Position numbers and translations under genes: made by a program. The notes under the pieces were generated by a model. The model was not told the DNA's origin. It saw only the letters and a list, made by a program, of their open reading frames with translations, and did no database searches. 64,000 nucleotides of DNA from Rebecca billardiae RCC1528 (taxonomy: Eukaryota > Protista > Haptophyta), in the NCBI GenBank assembly GCA_965240325.2, contig OZ251245.1:806001-870000 (forward strand). Direction: 5' to 3'. Position 1 is the first letter of the stretch, and every line of letters starts with the position of its first letter. Shown piece after piece: positions 35,172 to 45,363 of this stretch.

Positions 35172-36248
35172 TCATACCGCCTGCTTATAGTATGGCCTAT
35201 CGCGTGGGACTCGGCATAGCTTTGCGTACGCCCGCGCAAACGCGTCGCGGTAGGCTCCCTCGTCTCGCGCGTACACGGTCACCCACCGCCGCAGGCCAGC
35301 GTCGACGACGAGGGCGACGTCGGTCGGGATGAAGAAGGCCTCACCGCGCTCGATATCGCGCGCGTACCACCGCAGGAGCGCCCGGAAGTACTCGTTCGAG
35401 AAGCGGTCGACGGACGAGGTGACGAACGGCGGCCGGTTCGGCGCGGCCTCCAGGCACGCGGGCGTGAGCTTGCGGAGGCACTCGCGAGGCATCCCCACCA
35501 GTGACGGATGGCGGCCCAGGCCGTGCACGCCGCTCAGCGCCACAAAGTCGCGCTCGCCGAGGCCGAGGCGGGCGAAGTACCGCCGCAACCCCACCGAGCT
35601 CAGACCCGCGTCCGGCAGCGTGCTCGTCACACCGTCGCGCGGCTCCGTGGCGCGGATCGGCCGAGCGAGGGTCTCGGGGTCGGCTGAGGACGCGTCGCGG
35701 CGGCCGAGCTCGACGGCGATGTGAGGCCCTCCGGCGGCCTCGACCGCTTCGGCGCCGGCGAGCGCGATGGCGTCCGCGAGGCTGAGCGAGGGCGCCAGCG
35801 CCCCACGCGCCTCCTCCACCGCCGCCAACGGCACGCGCAGCCGGAGATTGGCCGGGCGGTCGAGCTCAAAGCGGATGCTGCCGTTCGGTCCGCCGTCCGA
35901 GCCGTCGCGCGTGGCCGCGTCGTGGAAGGCGAGGCGGACGAAGGCGGCGGCGAGCTCGGGCTGGGCAAGGACGACCTCGCGCACGCGCTCACGGAGGCGC
36001 GATTCCCATTCGCGCGCGTCCGGAGATGGCGTGGCGTGCGTCGCGCGCACGCTGGCGCCGAGTGCATGCGCCGCGAGCACGCCGGCGCTGCCACGCACAA
36101 ACAGCGCACGGGTGGCGGGTGCGGCGGTGCTGACGAGCGAGCGAGCTGCCCCAGCAGTTCCGAGTGCCAGAACGAGCGCCAACGATACGGATGCCCACCG
36201 CGAACGGCAAGGATGCCCGCCCTGGACGGCGCGGCTCGCGGCCGGCAT
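35172..36248 (-). CDS. Class I heme peroxidase, ascorbate-peroxidase-related (APx-R-like), with targeting peptide
   Basis: FVRLAFHDAAT distal motif (F rather than W), GGPNGSIRFE, LADAIALAGAEAVEAAGGP, LGRRDA, VALSGVHGLG proximal His, FSNEYF, PTDVAL. Confidence 0.88.
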   Translation of the reverse strand: MPAASRAVQGGHPCRSRWASVSLALVLALGTAGAARSLVSTAAPATRALFVRGSAGVLAAHALGASVRATHATPSPDAREWESRLRERVREVVLAQPELAAAFVRLAFHDAATRDGSDGGPNGSIRFELDRPANLRLRVPLAAVEEARGALAPSLSLADAIALAGAEAVEAAGGPHIAVELGRRDASSADPETLARPIRATEPRDGVTSTLPDAGLSSVGLRRYFARLGLGERDFVALSGVHGLGRHPSLVGMPRECLRKLTPACLEAAPNRPPFVTSSVDRFSNEYFRALLRWYARDIERGEAFFIPTDVALVVDAGLRRWVTVYARDEGAYRDAFARAYAKLCRVPRDRPYYKQAV

Positions 36249-36321
36249 CGTGCGGAGCGGCAAAGCACGAAAGCGGCAACGCTCCCGTCACGACTCCCGC
36301 GATGGCGGCACTCCCTTCGCC

Positions 36322-39300
36322 ATGACCGGCGGCCACGCGGAGAAGATTGCCGTCGCCGCTCGCGTGCGCCCATGGCTGGACAGCGAGCGCGCCGCCGCGG
36401 ACACGAGCAGCGTCGAGCCCTCGATCACCATCTCCGCGCACGGCCGGCAGCTCGGCGTGCGCGGGCCGGACGCGTACGAACCGCGGCCGTTCGCAGTGGA
36501 CGCTGCGCTCGGTCCGCGCTCGACCGGCGCGCAGCTGTACGACGCGGTGGCACGCGGGCTCGTGGCGACGGTGCTCGACGGCGAAGACGCGGCGCTGATT
36601 GTCTACGGTGGCCGCGGCAGCGGGCGTACGCACTGCCTCCTCGGCGGCGAGGGCGAGGAGTGGGGGATCACCGCGCGGGCTGCGGAGGCGCTGCTGGCGC
36701 GCGCGGCTGCCGCTGGCGGCGACGGCTCGGACGTGTCGCTCGCCGTCTCGTGCCTCGAGGTGCGCGACGAGGCACTGCGCGACTTGCTCGAGCCGGACGC
36801 GCGCGCGCTCTTCGTCCGCGAGTCCGCCGCGCACGCCGCCCCCGCGGTGTTTGTTGACGGTCAGGCGCGGCGCGCGGTGCGCTCGGCGGCGGAGCTGCAG
36901 CTGCTGCTGCGCGCGGCCGAGGCGGTGCGCGCGGAGGGCCGCGGGCGGGCCGGGGCGCCGAGCGCGTCGGGCGCCCCGTCGCACGCCGTGTACGCGCTGC
37001 ACGTGCTCCCGCCAGCCACCTCCGCGCACGCAGGCCCGTGCACCCTCCAGCTCATCGATGTGGGCGCGGCAGCTTCTGTGGGCTCGGCGCCTGCGGGCGC
37101 CGCCTCCGACCGCGCGGCCCGACCGGCCGGCGTGGCCGAGGCGGCGGGCGCTTCAGGCGCGGCGGGCGCGCTGGCGGGCTCGGGCGTGGCGCCGAGTGGC
37201 GCGCAGTGGCGCGGCGCATCGGGTGGCGCGTGCGGCGCGGCGTCGAGCGCCGACGCTCCCGGGCCCAACGGCCGAGCGCTAGCGGCGGAGATGGCGTTGC
37301 GCTTAGCGCTGCGTGCGCTAAGCGAGGGCTCGGCGCCTGACTGGCACGCCTCGGTGCTCACGCGCGTGCTCCGGCCCACGCTCACCGGCGGCTGCCACGT
37401 GGGCTTGCTCCTCACCCTCAGCGCGGCGCAGCCCACGGCCGCGCTCGCAGCGTTGCGCTTTGGGCAGCTGGCGCAGGCTGCCGTGCGCGCGCCAACATGG
37501 CCGCTGCGCGCGCAGGGCGGCGCGTCTGCGGCGGCGGCGCGGACCGGCGGCGGCGCGACGGTGGTCGCTGCGGCCGCGGCGCTGGCCGCTCTGCGCGAGC
37601 ACGTGCGCTCTCTGCCACCGCCGCCCTCGCCGCCGCCGCGAGCACAAGCCGCGCCGGGCGGCGGCGGCGCTCGGCCGCTCGGCGCGCCGCGCAGCGCTTG
37701 GGCCCCCGAGCACGCGGACGCTGCCCTCGCGGCCGCGGCTGTGGCGCTTGCGCTCGGCGGCGGCGCGGCGTGGCACGCCGCCGCGGCGGCCCGCGCGCCC
37801 GCCGAGCCCACCCCGGCGTCCCAGAGCGCGCGCGGCGCAGGCGCAGACGCAGACGGCCGCGCCCTGCTCGGCGCGCTGAGTGCCGCCTCGGCTGCGCTCG
37901 AGTCTGAAAACGCGCAGCTGCGCCGCCGGAGGGCGGAGGCGGCGCAGAGGCTGGCGCGCGCGCGCGGCGCGGGCGCGGCGGCGCGCGCGCGCGGCGCGGC
38001 GGTGCGCGCCGAGCTCGGCGAGGCGCGCGCCGCGCTGGCGCGCGCAGAGGCGGCACTCGGTGCGCACAACGCCGCCGCGCCGCTGCGCGACGGCGCGCGC
38101 GTTCGCGCGCGCGAGGCCGAGGCCGCGCGCGCGCGCGCGCGCGAGACGGCGGAGGCCGCGGCGCGCGCGCTTCGTCAGGTCTCGGCTGAGGGCATGCAGA
38201 TTCGTGCGGCCAAGGCGGCGCTCGAGCGCGCGCGCGAAGAGGCTGCCGCCGCGCGCGCGCGGCGCGACGCGGCGACGCGCGCGCTGTGCTCCGCATCGGA
38301 GCCACCGCTCCCAGCAAGCTCGGCCGCGGGCGGCGGCGGCCGCGGCGCCCTCGCGCCCTCAGGCGCCGGCGCGGGCGTGGGCATGCCGGCAGGTGCTGCG
38401 CCGGAGGCGGGCGAGACGCTGGCGGCACTGGCGCGCGCGGACGGGCGCTGTGCCGCCGCGCTCGAGCATGCGGCGCGCGCGAGCACCCTCGCCGCCTCAT
38501 GCGCCGCCGAGTGCCGCGCGGCGCGCGCGCTCGGCCGCGCGCACGCCGACGCGCGCGCCGCCGCCGAGCGCGCGCGCTGGGCAGCCGAGGCGTGGCCGCG
38601 CGGCGCGGCGGCGGGCGGCGCGCCGGTACTGAGCGGCACGCCGCGGGGCTCGGAGGAGGATCAGCAGCCGGCGCACGCTCGCGCGGCGGTTGCGCGGGCC
38701 GCCTCCGCGGCGGACTCGGCGGCGGTCGCCCTGGAGGGCGCGCGCGCCGCCGCGGACGGCGCGGAAGCCGGCGCGCGCGCCGCGGCCGCGGCTGCTGACG
38801 TGGCCGCCCGCCGCTTGGCGGCGGAGGGCACGCGCGGGCGCAGTGGCGAGACCGCCGCCGCGTCCGCGGCGCGCGCCCGACTCCTCGCCGCAGACGGCGC
38901 GCGCGCCGCGGCGGAGGCGGCCGCGCGCGAGCACGAGCGCGCGGCGGCGCATCGTGCCGCACGCGACACTCTGCACCGCCGGTCTGCAGTGGAGCTCGCG
39001 GCACTGACCTCGGCGCTGGAGAGCGCGCGCGACGCGCTGCGTGAGGCCGAGGCACAGCTGGACACGAGCGCGCTCGGGCGCGGAGGCGATGGCGGCGGCG
39101 GTGATGCGCCGCCGCGCCTGGCCGGCCCCACGGCCGCGGCTGTGCGCGCCTCGGCCGCGGAGCGCGCCGCGCGCATTGCGCAGGCTTCGCTCGAGGCGGC
39201 GCGCGCCGCGCGCGACGAGGCCGCCGCCGAGCTGCGCGGCGCGGCCGCCGTCGCCAGCGGCCCCAGCGAGCACAGCGCGCCGACGGCGGTGGACGGCGCC

Positions 39301-39519
39301 GCCGCGCGTGGCGGCGTCTCCGCCGACCTCGCCGCTGCGCCCGATGCGGAGGGCGCGCGCTGGGCTGCCGCCGCGCGAAGCAGCGCCGCGGCCGCGCGGG
39401 AGGCGGAGCTGCGCCGCGTGCGCGCGCGGCAGCGCGCCAAGGCGGAGGCGGAGGCGGCGCGGCTCGCAGAGCGGCTGCGCGCGCGCGCCGGCAGCGCTGA
39501 GCCCGAGCCTGTCGAGTGA
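36322..39519 (+). CDS. Highly divergent kinesin-like protein with degenerate motor motifs and Ala-rich coiled coil
   Basis: IAVAARVRP, IVYGGRGSGRTHCL (P-loop), VSCLEVRDEALRDLL, SHAV, LQLIDV, SVLTRVLRPTLTGG, ALRFGQLA. Confidence 0.8.
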   Translation: MTGGHAEKIAVAARVRPWLDSERAAADTSSVEPSITISAHGRQLGVRGPDAYEPRPFAVDAALGPRSTGAQLYDAVARGLVATVLDGEDAALIVYGGRGSGRTHCLLGGEGEEWGITARAAEALLARAAAAGGDGSDVSLAVSCLEVRDEALRDLLEPDARALFVRESAAHAAPAVFVDGQARRAVRSAAELQLLLRAAEAVRAEGRGRAGAPSASGAPSHAVYALHVLPPATSAHAGPCTLQLIDVGAAASVGSAPAGAASDRAARPAGVAEAAGASGAAGALAGSGVAPSGAQWRGASGGACGAASSADAPGPNGRALAAEMALRLALRALSEGSAPDWHASVLTRVLRPTLTGGCHVGLLLTLSAAQPTAALAALRFGQLAQAAVRAPTWPLRAQGGASAAAARTGGGATVVAAAAALAALREHVRSLPPPPSPPPRAQAAPGGGGARPLGAPRSAWAPEHADAALAAAAVALALGGGAAWHAAAAARAPAEPTPASQSARGAGADADGRALLGALSAASAALESENAQLRRRRAEAAQRLARARGAGAAARARGAAVRAELGEARAALARAEAALGAHNAAAPLRDGARVRAREAEAARARARETAEAAARALRQVSAEGMQIRAAKAALERAREEAAAARARRDAATRALCSASEPPLPASSAAGGGGRGALAPSGAGAGVGMPAGAAPEAGETLAALARADGRCAAALEHAARASTLAASCAAECRAARALGRAHADARAAAERARWAAEAWPRGAAAGGAPVLSGTPRGSEEDQQPAHARAAVARAASAADSAAVALEGARAAADGAEAGARAAAAAADVAARRLAAEGTRGRSGETAAASAARARLLAADGARAAAEAAAREHERAAAHRAARDTLHRRSAVELAALTSALESARDALREAEAQLDTSALGRGGDGGGGDAPPRLAGPTAAAVRASAAERAARIAQASLEAARAARDEAAAELRGAAAVASGPSEHSAPTAVDGAAARGGVSADLAAAPDAEGARWAAAARSSAAAAREAELRRVRARQRAKAEAEAARLAERLRARAGSAEPEPVE

Positions 39520-39699
39520 GAGCGGACGCCGTGATGCGAGCAGGTCGCGTGCAGCGGGACGAGGTGTCGACGCGGCCGCGCAGCCGGAATTTCGGAGAGA
39601 CCGCCAAATTGCCTCCTCAACAAAATAACGTGGCCTCCGCCCTCCCTGTAGGCAGCCCCTCCGCTGGGCGGGCCGCGAGGCTGCGGGCACCGCGCGGGC

Positions 39700-41595
39700 A
39701 TGGCGCCCACGCAGGCCGCCGCCGGCGAGCTCCCGCTGTGGGCGGCGATCGCGCAGCAGCCGTACTCGGAGACGATCACGATCGACGCCTCGCGCCCGTC
39801 GAGCACCACCTTCGCCGGCCTGGGCGCCACCGTCTGGCCGGGCGACGAGACAGGCTTTGTCGTCGCGGGCGAGGCCGACCCCAATCTGCGCGGCGCGTTC
39901 GCGCGCTTCAAGCCGGGCTCGCCGCAGGGCTGGGCCGAGCTCACGTGGGCGGAGGCGTCGAAATTCACCTCGGCCGGCGCCGCGTACGCGTACGTCGCCG
40001 CGCACCCCGCCGAGTTTGGGCACGGCGGCACGTCGGTCGAGCGCGCGTTCGAAGACGCGCGCCGCAACGGCCTGCGCACCGTGCTCGTCTTCTTCAACGT
40101 GCCGCGCGCGTTCCGCGCGGGCGAGGCGCTCGCGGCGGAGATGGTGCCGCAGTACGCCAACTTCCTCGCCGCGCTCTACCGCTACGTCGTGCACGCGCGC
40201 GGCCTCGGCCCCCCGGCATACGTCGAGCTCGCCAACGAGCCGGACGCTGCCAACAGCAGCTCGATCGGACCGGCTGAGTACTCGCGGCTGGTCGAGGGCT
40301 TCGCGGGCGCGCTGAACGGGACGTGGGGCATGCGCGCGAGCATCCTCGGGCCGGGGACGTACTACATCTCCCACGCCCTCGGCTACGCGCAGCGAATGTT
40401 CGCCGACGGCACCGCGGCGCTGCTCGGCGGCTGGTCGGCACACTCGTATGATGACAACTTCCCCGGCCCGCTCTCTGACAGTTTCGTCAAGTACCTGCAC
40501 GACTTCTTCACGCTGGTGGTGCGGGCGCAGCCCAAGCCCGTGCTGATCACGGAGCTCGCGACGGCGGTCGTCACCTTCGGCGGGCGCCGCTTCGCCACGC
40601 CGGACAGCACCGACGGCAGCGGCGCCGCCGTACCCGCGTCAGACCAGCCCGCATACGCAGCCACAGTCATCGACCGGCTCGTGCGGATCGCGGGCTGGAG
40701 CACGGCGGGCGGCACGCCGGAGCTGGGCGCGCTGGTGTGGGAGGCGCACGACACGGCGTGGATGCGCAAGTCGTGGGGGCTGCTCGCACGCGCCGCCGAC
40801 ACGCACAACGTGCACGTGCCGTCCGGTCGCACGCCCAACTACAGACCGCTTGCGTACTCGCTGCGCCCGCTCGCGCGCGCGCTCGCCGCCCGGCCGGCGG
40901 TGGTGCCGCCGGAGTACGTGCGCGCCGCGTACGACCCGAAGGACGCGCGGAGCGTGGTGGCGGTCGGGCTGCTCACGCCGCCGGGCGCCGAGGACCTCGC
41001 CGCCGAGCCCCACCACCACCGGCACGGCCAGCACCTGCGCGCGGGCGAGAGCCAGCTGGTTGTGCCAACTGTCAACGCCAACGGGCGCGCCGCGAGCGTC
41101 AGGCTGTGCGTCGACGGGCTGCCGGCGGCGCGCGCGGCGGCGGCGGGCACGGCCGCCCCGCCGCGCGCGCGCGCGGCCGGCACGGCGTGCACGCACGCGC
41201 TCAGCTTCGAGCTCGAGCCGTTCAGCGTGCACCTCACCATCCTCACCGGCGCGCTCGGCGGCAACGTGTCGGCGCGCGACCGGCATGCGGCCGGCCCGGT
41301 GGTGGCGCGCTGCCGCCCCGGGCCGTGCGCGCTCGAGGGCGAGGGGATGGTGCTCGGCGGCGACGAGGACGACGGAGCGTCCGCGAGGCGCACGCCGCCG
41401 CCCTCGCCGATCGCCTCGCCGCCGCAACACGGCGCGCACGCCGCGGCCATGCTCCTGGCGGCAGCGCTGCTGCTGGTGGCGGTGGCAGTCGCGTCATCCG
41501 TACCATTGCTCGGCACAGTCCGCCGCCAGCGCACCCTCCGCCGGGTCTCTGCTGCGCGGCCTCGCACGGCGACGGCTGCGCCACCGTTGAGATGA
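39700..41595 (+). CDS. Clan GH-A glycoside hydrolase (GH30/GH39-like) with C-terminal TM anchor
   Basis: ELANEPD acid/base, ILGPG, WSAHSY, PVLITE nucleophile, LEPFSV beta-sandwich end, hydrophobic C-terminal helix. Confidence 0.75.
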   Translation: MAPTQAAAGELPLWAAIAQQPYSETITIDASRPSSTTFAGLGATVWPGDETGFVVAGEADPNLRGAFARFKPGSPQGWAELTWAEASKFTSAGAAYAYVAAHPAEFGHGGTSVERAFEDARRNGLRTVLVFFNVPRAFRAGEALAAEMVPQYANFLAALYRYVVHARGLGPPAYVELANEPDAANSSSIGPAEYSRLVEGFAGALNGTWGMRASILGPGTYYISHALGYAQRMFADGTAALLGGWSAHSYDDNFPGPLSDSFVKYLHDFFTLVVRAQPKPVLITELATAVVTFGGRRFATPDSTDGSGAAVPASDQPAYAATVIDRLVRIAGWSTAGGTPELGALVWEAHDTAWMRKSWGLLARAADTHNVHVPSGRTPNYRPLAYSLRPLARALAARPAVVPPEYVRAAYDPKDARSVVAVGLLTPPGAEDLAAEPHHHRHGQHLRAGESQLVVPTVNANGRAASVRLCVDGLPAARAAAAGTAAPPRARAAGTACTHALSFELEPFSVHLTILTGALGGNVSARDRHAAGPVVARCRPGPCALEGEGMVLGGDEDDGASARRTPPPSPIASPPQHGAHAAAMLLAAALLLVAVAVASSVPLLGTVRRQRTLRRVSAARPRTATAAPPLR

Positions 41596-42018
41596 CGACG
41601 TGCATGCATGCTGTTCATCGTCTCAACGGTCGTCGTACTAGTCGCGTACGTCGGTACGACGCGTGCCTGCGGCTGCTGCGGCCGGCTGCTCAGTTGCATG
41701 CATATTGATGCTGACGATGCCCTTGCGGCCAATACTAGCCGCGCGCGAGTGCCGCGCAGAATATCCGCGCGCGATCATAGTGACGACGCGATATAAAGCA
41801 GGCTCCGGCTTCGGTCCACCCCGCCCCCCCAGTAGTCCGGTCACACTGGACGGAGCCGTTATTACTCACAGGCCGATCTACTTGATTGACACTGCAATCA
41901 GGCGTCGGATCGCCGCCGCTCTGCTGATGATGATCTACGAGCCGCCGCTCCTAGACCACACCAGTCAGCGGTCCCTTGGACGACATTACGGCCAGATGGA
42001 TCATTATAGCCACATCAC

Positions 42019-42210
42019 CTCCAATAGGTTCAGACTCTGTTTTCTATATAAATAAATACCCGGTCCGGGTACCACTTTTTCGTCGCATATGTATGCAATT
42101 GCAGGCAGGTGTCCGTCCGGAACGCTCCCGAGACGGATTGCAGTGCTGAAATCTGCTGGGTAAGGGGCGGGTAATTACATAGTAAAAATAGAGTCTGAAC
42201 CTATTGGGAG
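42019..42210. mobile_element. MITE-like element (~190 bp)
   Basis: Perfect 18-bp inverted repeat CCAATAGGTTCAGACTCT (42021-42038) / AGAGTCTGAACCTATTGG (42190-42207), extending imperfectly inward; AT-rich. Confidence 0.7.
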
Positions 42211-42703
42211 TAGGTGGTCGGATGCGACATTTCTCGTTGAAGTCATCAATCGGGGGCGGAAGGGACTCTGCTGCATGGTCCGCTTGGTTGACTTCGGCTC
42301 GGGGCCAAGACGTAACGGAGCTCGGGGGGCCGGTGCAGACCGGAGCCGGAGCCAGCAGCCATCACGAAATTGAGCAGCTAGATCGATCATCAGGCGGCCT
42401 GAGGCCATCAGCGCAAGCAGGGCCGTACTACGTATACGGGCTAAACGCGCGAGGCACCCTCGAGCCGCCTGGCATTGAACTATACGAGTTCGTCGTTCAG
42501 ACGGCCGAGCAGCTCGCCTGCGCCCGCTCGAGCGTCGTCTTGGCGCTTGCCGCCTCCAAAGGAGGGCACGGCCGCCATGCTGGACCAGGTGCCAGCAGTC
42601 CCGCAGCCCAGCACCTGGACATGGCACCAGCCGGCCGTAGGGCGCGCGTCGCCAGGCCTGCGGCCACACCCGGCATGCGCCCGGCCCGGCTGGCCCGCCG
42701 CCG

Positions 42704-44530
42704 CTAGCCAAAGTGAACGTGCACGCGCTGTCCGCCGTGGTGCATGTGACGAAACATGTTGGAGTTGGGCCCTCCGCGCGGGCCGCCGCCGCCTTTCTGC
42801 TCGTCTGGGTCCTGCGGCGTGCGGCGGGGCGGGCGCGCGCCATGGCCGAGGTGGCACGGGCCGAGGGGTGAGCGCCCCGCCGTGCTGCGCGCGCGCTCTG
42901 CCTTGTGCTGCCGCGGCCACACGCCCACGACCGACCTCGCCGCCGCGCGCCCTATCGCCCGCCGAGCCCACCGCCACCCCGACAGCCCACACCCTCCGCA
43001 CCGCGCCGCCCCCGCGCGCGCCGCCCGGCCGCGCCGCGGGTGCGCCGCCCGGGTGCGCCGCGCGTGCGCGTGCCGGCCGCGCACCTCCCCAAGGTCGTAC
43101 TTGCGCCTAAGCTCCTCGTCACTCAGGACCTCGTACGCGCGCGCGATCTCCTTGAACTTCTTGTCCGCCGCCTCCGCGTCGTGCTCGTCCTTCGGCGTGT
43201 ACTTGTCAGGGTGGTACTGCACGGCGAGCTTGTGGTACGCGCGCTTGATCTCGCGCTCGCTCGCCGAGCGGCTCACGTTGAGCACCTTGTAGTAGTTCAC
43301 CTGCGCCGCACGTCGCTTGAGCTTGTTCACGAGCTCGATGCCCTCGCGCGCCTCTCGAGAGTTCTCGTCCTGCTCCAGCGTGGCCTTGTACTCGTCGACC
43401 GCCTCGTCGAACTGCTCGGCGAGCACGTGCGCCTCGGCCATGTACAGGCGCGACGCGGCGCTCGAGCCTGGCGCGCGTGCACGGCGCGCGCGGGCCGGCA
43501 GCGCGGCCGAGCGGCGCCGGCAGGGGCGGGCGGAGGGCGGCGCGCGCGGCGCGGGTGAGCGCGGCGGCGGGCAGCGCCGCGCGTGCCAGCAGCCCGTCGC
43601 CGCGGCATGCGCGCGCGCGCGGCGGCGGCGCGGCGCCCGGCGCGGCGCCCCGCGCGCGCGGCCCCGCGGCGCGCGAGCCGCGCGGAATGTCCGCGCCGCG
43701 CCAGCCTTTCCGCGGCGCGCCGTGTTCCCGCGGCGCGCACCGTCCAGCTTCTTGTGCTCTGCGCACGACGACAGCGCCTTCTGCGCCTCCTTGAGCGTGG
43801 TGTGGCACTTGCACAGGTTGGCGTACAGCTCGGCGCGGTACACCGCGGGGGGCGCGACGGCGAGCGCGTCCTCGAGGTACTTGAGCGCCGTCTCCGCGTT
43901 CTCGCGCTGCTCAAGCTGCACCTTCCGGCCGCCCTCGACCGACTTGGGAAGCTTGGCCTCCGCCTCCGCCATCGCCTTCTGCAGCTTCTTGAGCTTCTTG
44001 TGGTCCGCCTTCGCCTCCTTGTGGTCCGGGTCGAGCCTGAGCGCCTCGCGGTAGTGCCGCAGCGCGAGCTCGATGTTGCCCACCACGTAGAACTGCTTGC
44101 CCCGGCGGAACAGCTGCTCGAGCTGAGAGTCCGCCTCCTCCACAGAGCGACCACCCTCCGCGCCGCCGCCGCCGTCGCTACCGCCGGCGGCCGAGCCGCC
44201 GCCGGCGGCGCCCGAGCGCCGCCGGTGCTCCTCGTCGCACGCGGCCCTGCACGTGAACACGCCGTGCCCGCACCCCACCGCCCCCGCGGACAGCCCGCCG
44301 CCGCACTCGCAGAAGCCCGCCCAGTCGGGGAGCACGGGCACGTCGCACGCCGCGTCGCCGTTCGGATCGCGCGGGCCGGAGGCGGAGCAGCCGCCGGCCC
44401 GGCGGAAGGCGACGCACTCGGGCGGCGCGCTGCCCCTCTCGTCGTCCGCGCGTACCCTCCCCGGCCAGCTCGCGTGGAGCAGCAGCAGCTGCGCAGCTGC
44501 TGGGGCCAGCAATGTGCGCGCCATCGCCAT
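42704..44530 (-). CDS. DNAJC3: ER DnaJ co-chaperone, P58IPK/DNAJC3-like (signal peptide, Cys-rich domain, TPRs, J domain); introns 43468-43740, 42812-43084
   Basis: [19 protein letters not shown]; [50 protein letters not shown]|DP. Confidence 0.85.
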   Translation of the reverse strand: MAMARTLLAPAAAQLLLLHASWPGRVRADDERGSAPPECVAFRRAGGCSASGPRDPNGDAACDVPVLPDWAGFCECGGGLSAGAVGCGHGVFTCRAACDEEHRRRSGAAGGGSAAGGSDGGGGAEGGRSVEEADSQLEQLFRRGKQFYVVGNIELALRHYREALRLDPDHKEAKADHKKLKKLQKAMAEAEAKLPKSVEGGRKVQLEQRENAETALKYLEDALAVAPPAVYRAELYANLCKCHTTLKEAQKALSSCAEHKKLDGARRGNTARRGKAGAARTFRAARAPRGRARGAPRRAPRRRRARAHAAATGCWHARRCPPPRSPAPRAPPSARPCRRRSAALPARARRARAPGSSAASRLYMAEAHVLAEQFDEAVDEYKATLEQDENSREAREGIELVNKLKRRAAQVNYYKVLNVSRSASEREIKRAYHKLAVQYHPDKYTPKDEHDAEAADKKFKEIARAYEVLSDEELRRKYDLGEVRGRHAHARRTRAAHPRRGRAARAGAARCGGCGLSGWRWARRAIGRAAARSVVGVWPRQHKAERARSTAGRSPLGPCHLGHGARPPRRTPQDPDEQKGGGGPRGGPNSNMFRHMHHGGQRVHVHFG

Positions 44531-45363
44531 CGACGGGGATGCGTCTTGGTGGCTCCAGCAGCCGGACTTCCACGTCAGCAGGTCCGGGTCTCCCGCCGGG
44601 CGGGCCTGGACGTACGACCTTGTTTCGACCGGCCGAGGCCTGCGGGGCGCCGCGCCCGAGCCCCGACGGCAAGAAGCTCGGTCAGGCGTGTATGTACACG
44701 GCCGATGGCAAGCCCGTGCGCGACACGTCGGCCTCGGGCCGCCGGAACACGTACGACCTTGAGTGCATGTGCCATTACTGTACAGTGAATTACACCAACG
44801 TCACATCACGGCCACCAACTACGGATCGAGGGCAGCGCGCGCGGCACGATGACGATCCGCGCGACCGGGCTAGGCAAGCGGCCGGGGCGACTGTGCACTC
44901 GGTGAGGGCGTGTACATGACTGCCAAGCAGCTCCATGCCCCCAACGAATCGCTGCCGCACACAATTCGTGGGAGCGGCCAGTACTCCGCCGCGAGCCCGC
45001 GCTCGCGAGTCGAGGACTTCGTGCGCGTCGACGCCGCGGCCGTGTGAAGGCCGTGGCTGGCGGCGGTGTTCGAGTGCCTCCGACGGGAGGCGAGCTCGGC
45101 CGGTTCCGCGGTGCTCGACGGTCACGTCGAACAGGCGAGAGCCTCGTGGGCGCCAACGATGTAGATCTCGACCCATGGCCATTCGGCCAGCAGCGAACTG
45201 AGCGGTGAGTCTGAAAGACTTGCCCCCGCGAATCTCAGATCGAAGATCTCCCACTGGGGAGATCGATCGGGGCGCCCTCGCACGAGTTCGCAGTGTCGAT
45301 CGGGGCACTGGCCAACACGGGGGAGCGCGCCGGCGCCTGCTCGGCGGTACTGGACCAAGGGCG

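Noticed and set aside
42812-43740. Both DNAJC3 introns are 273 bp
   Set aside because: No visible sequence similarity between them; treated as coincidence.
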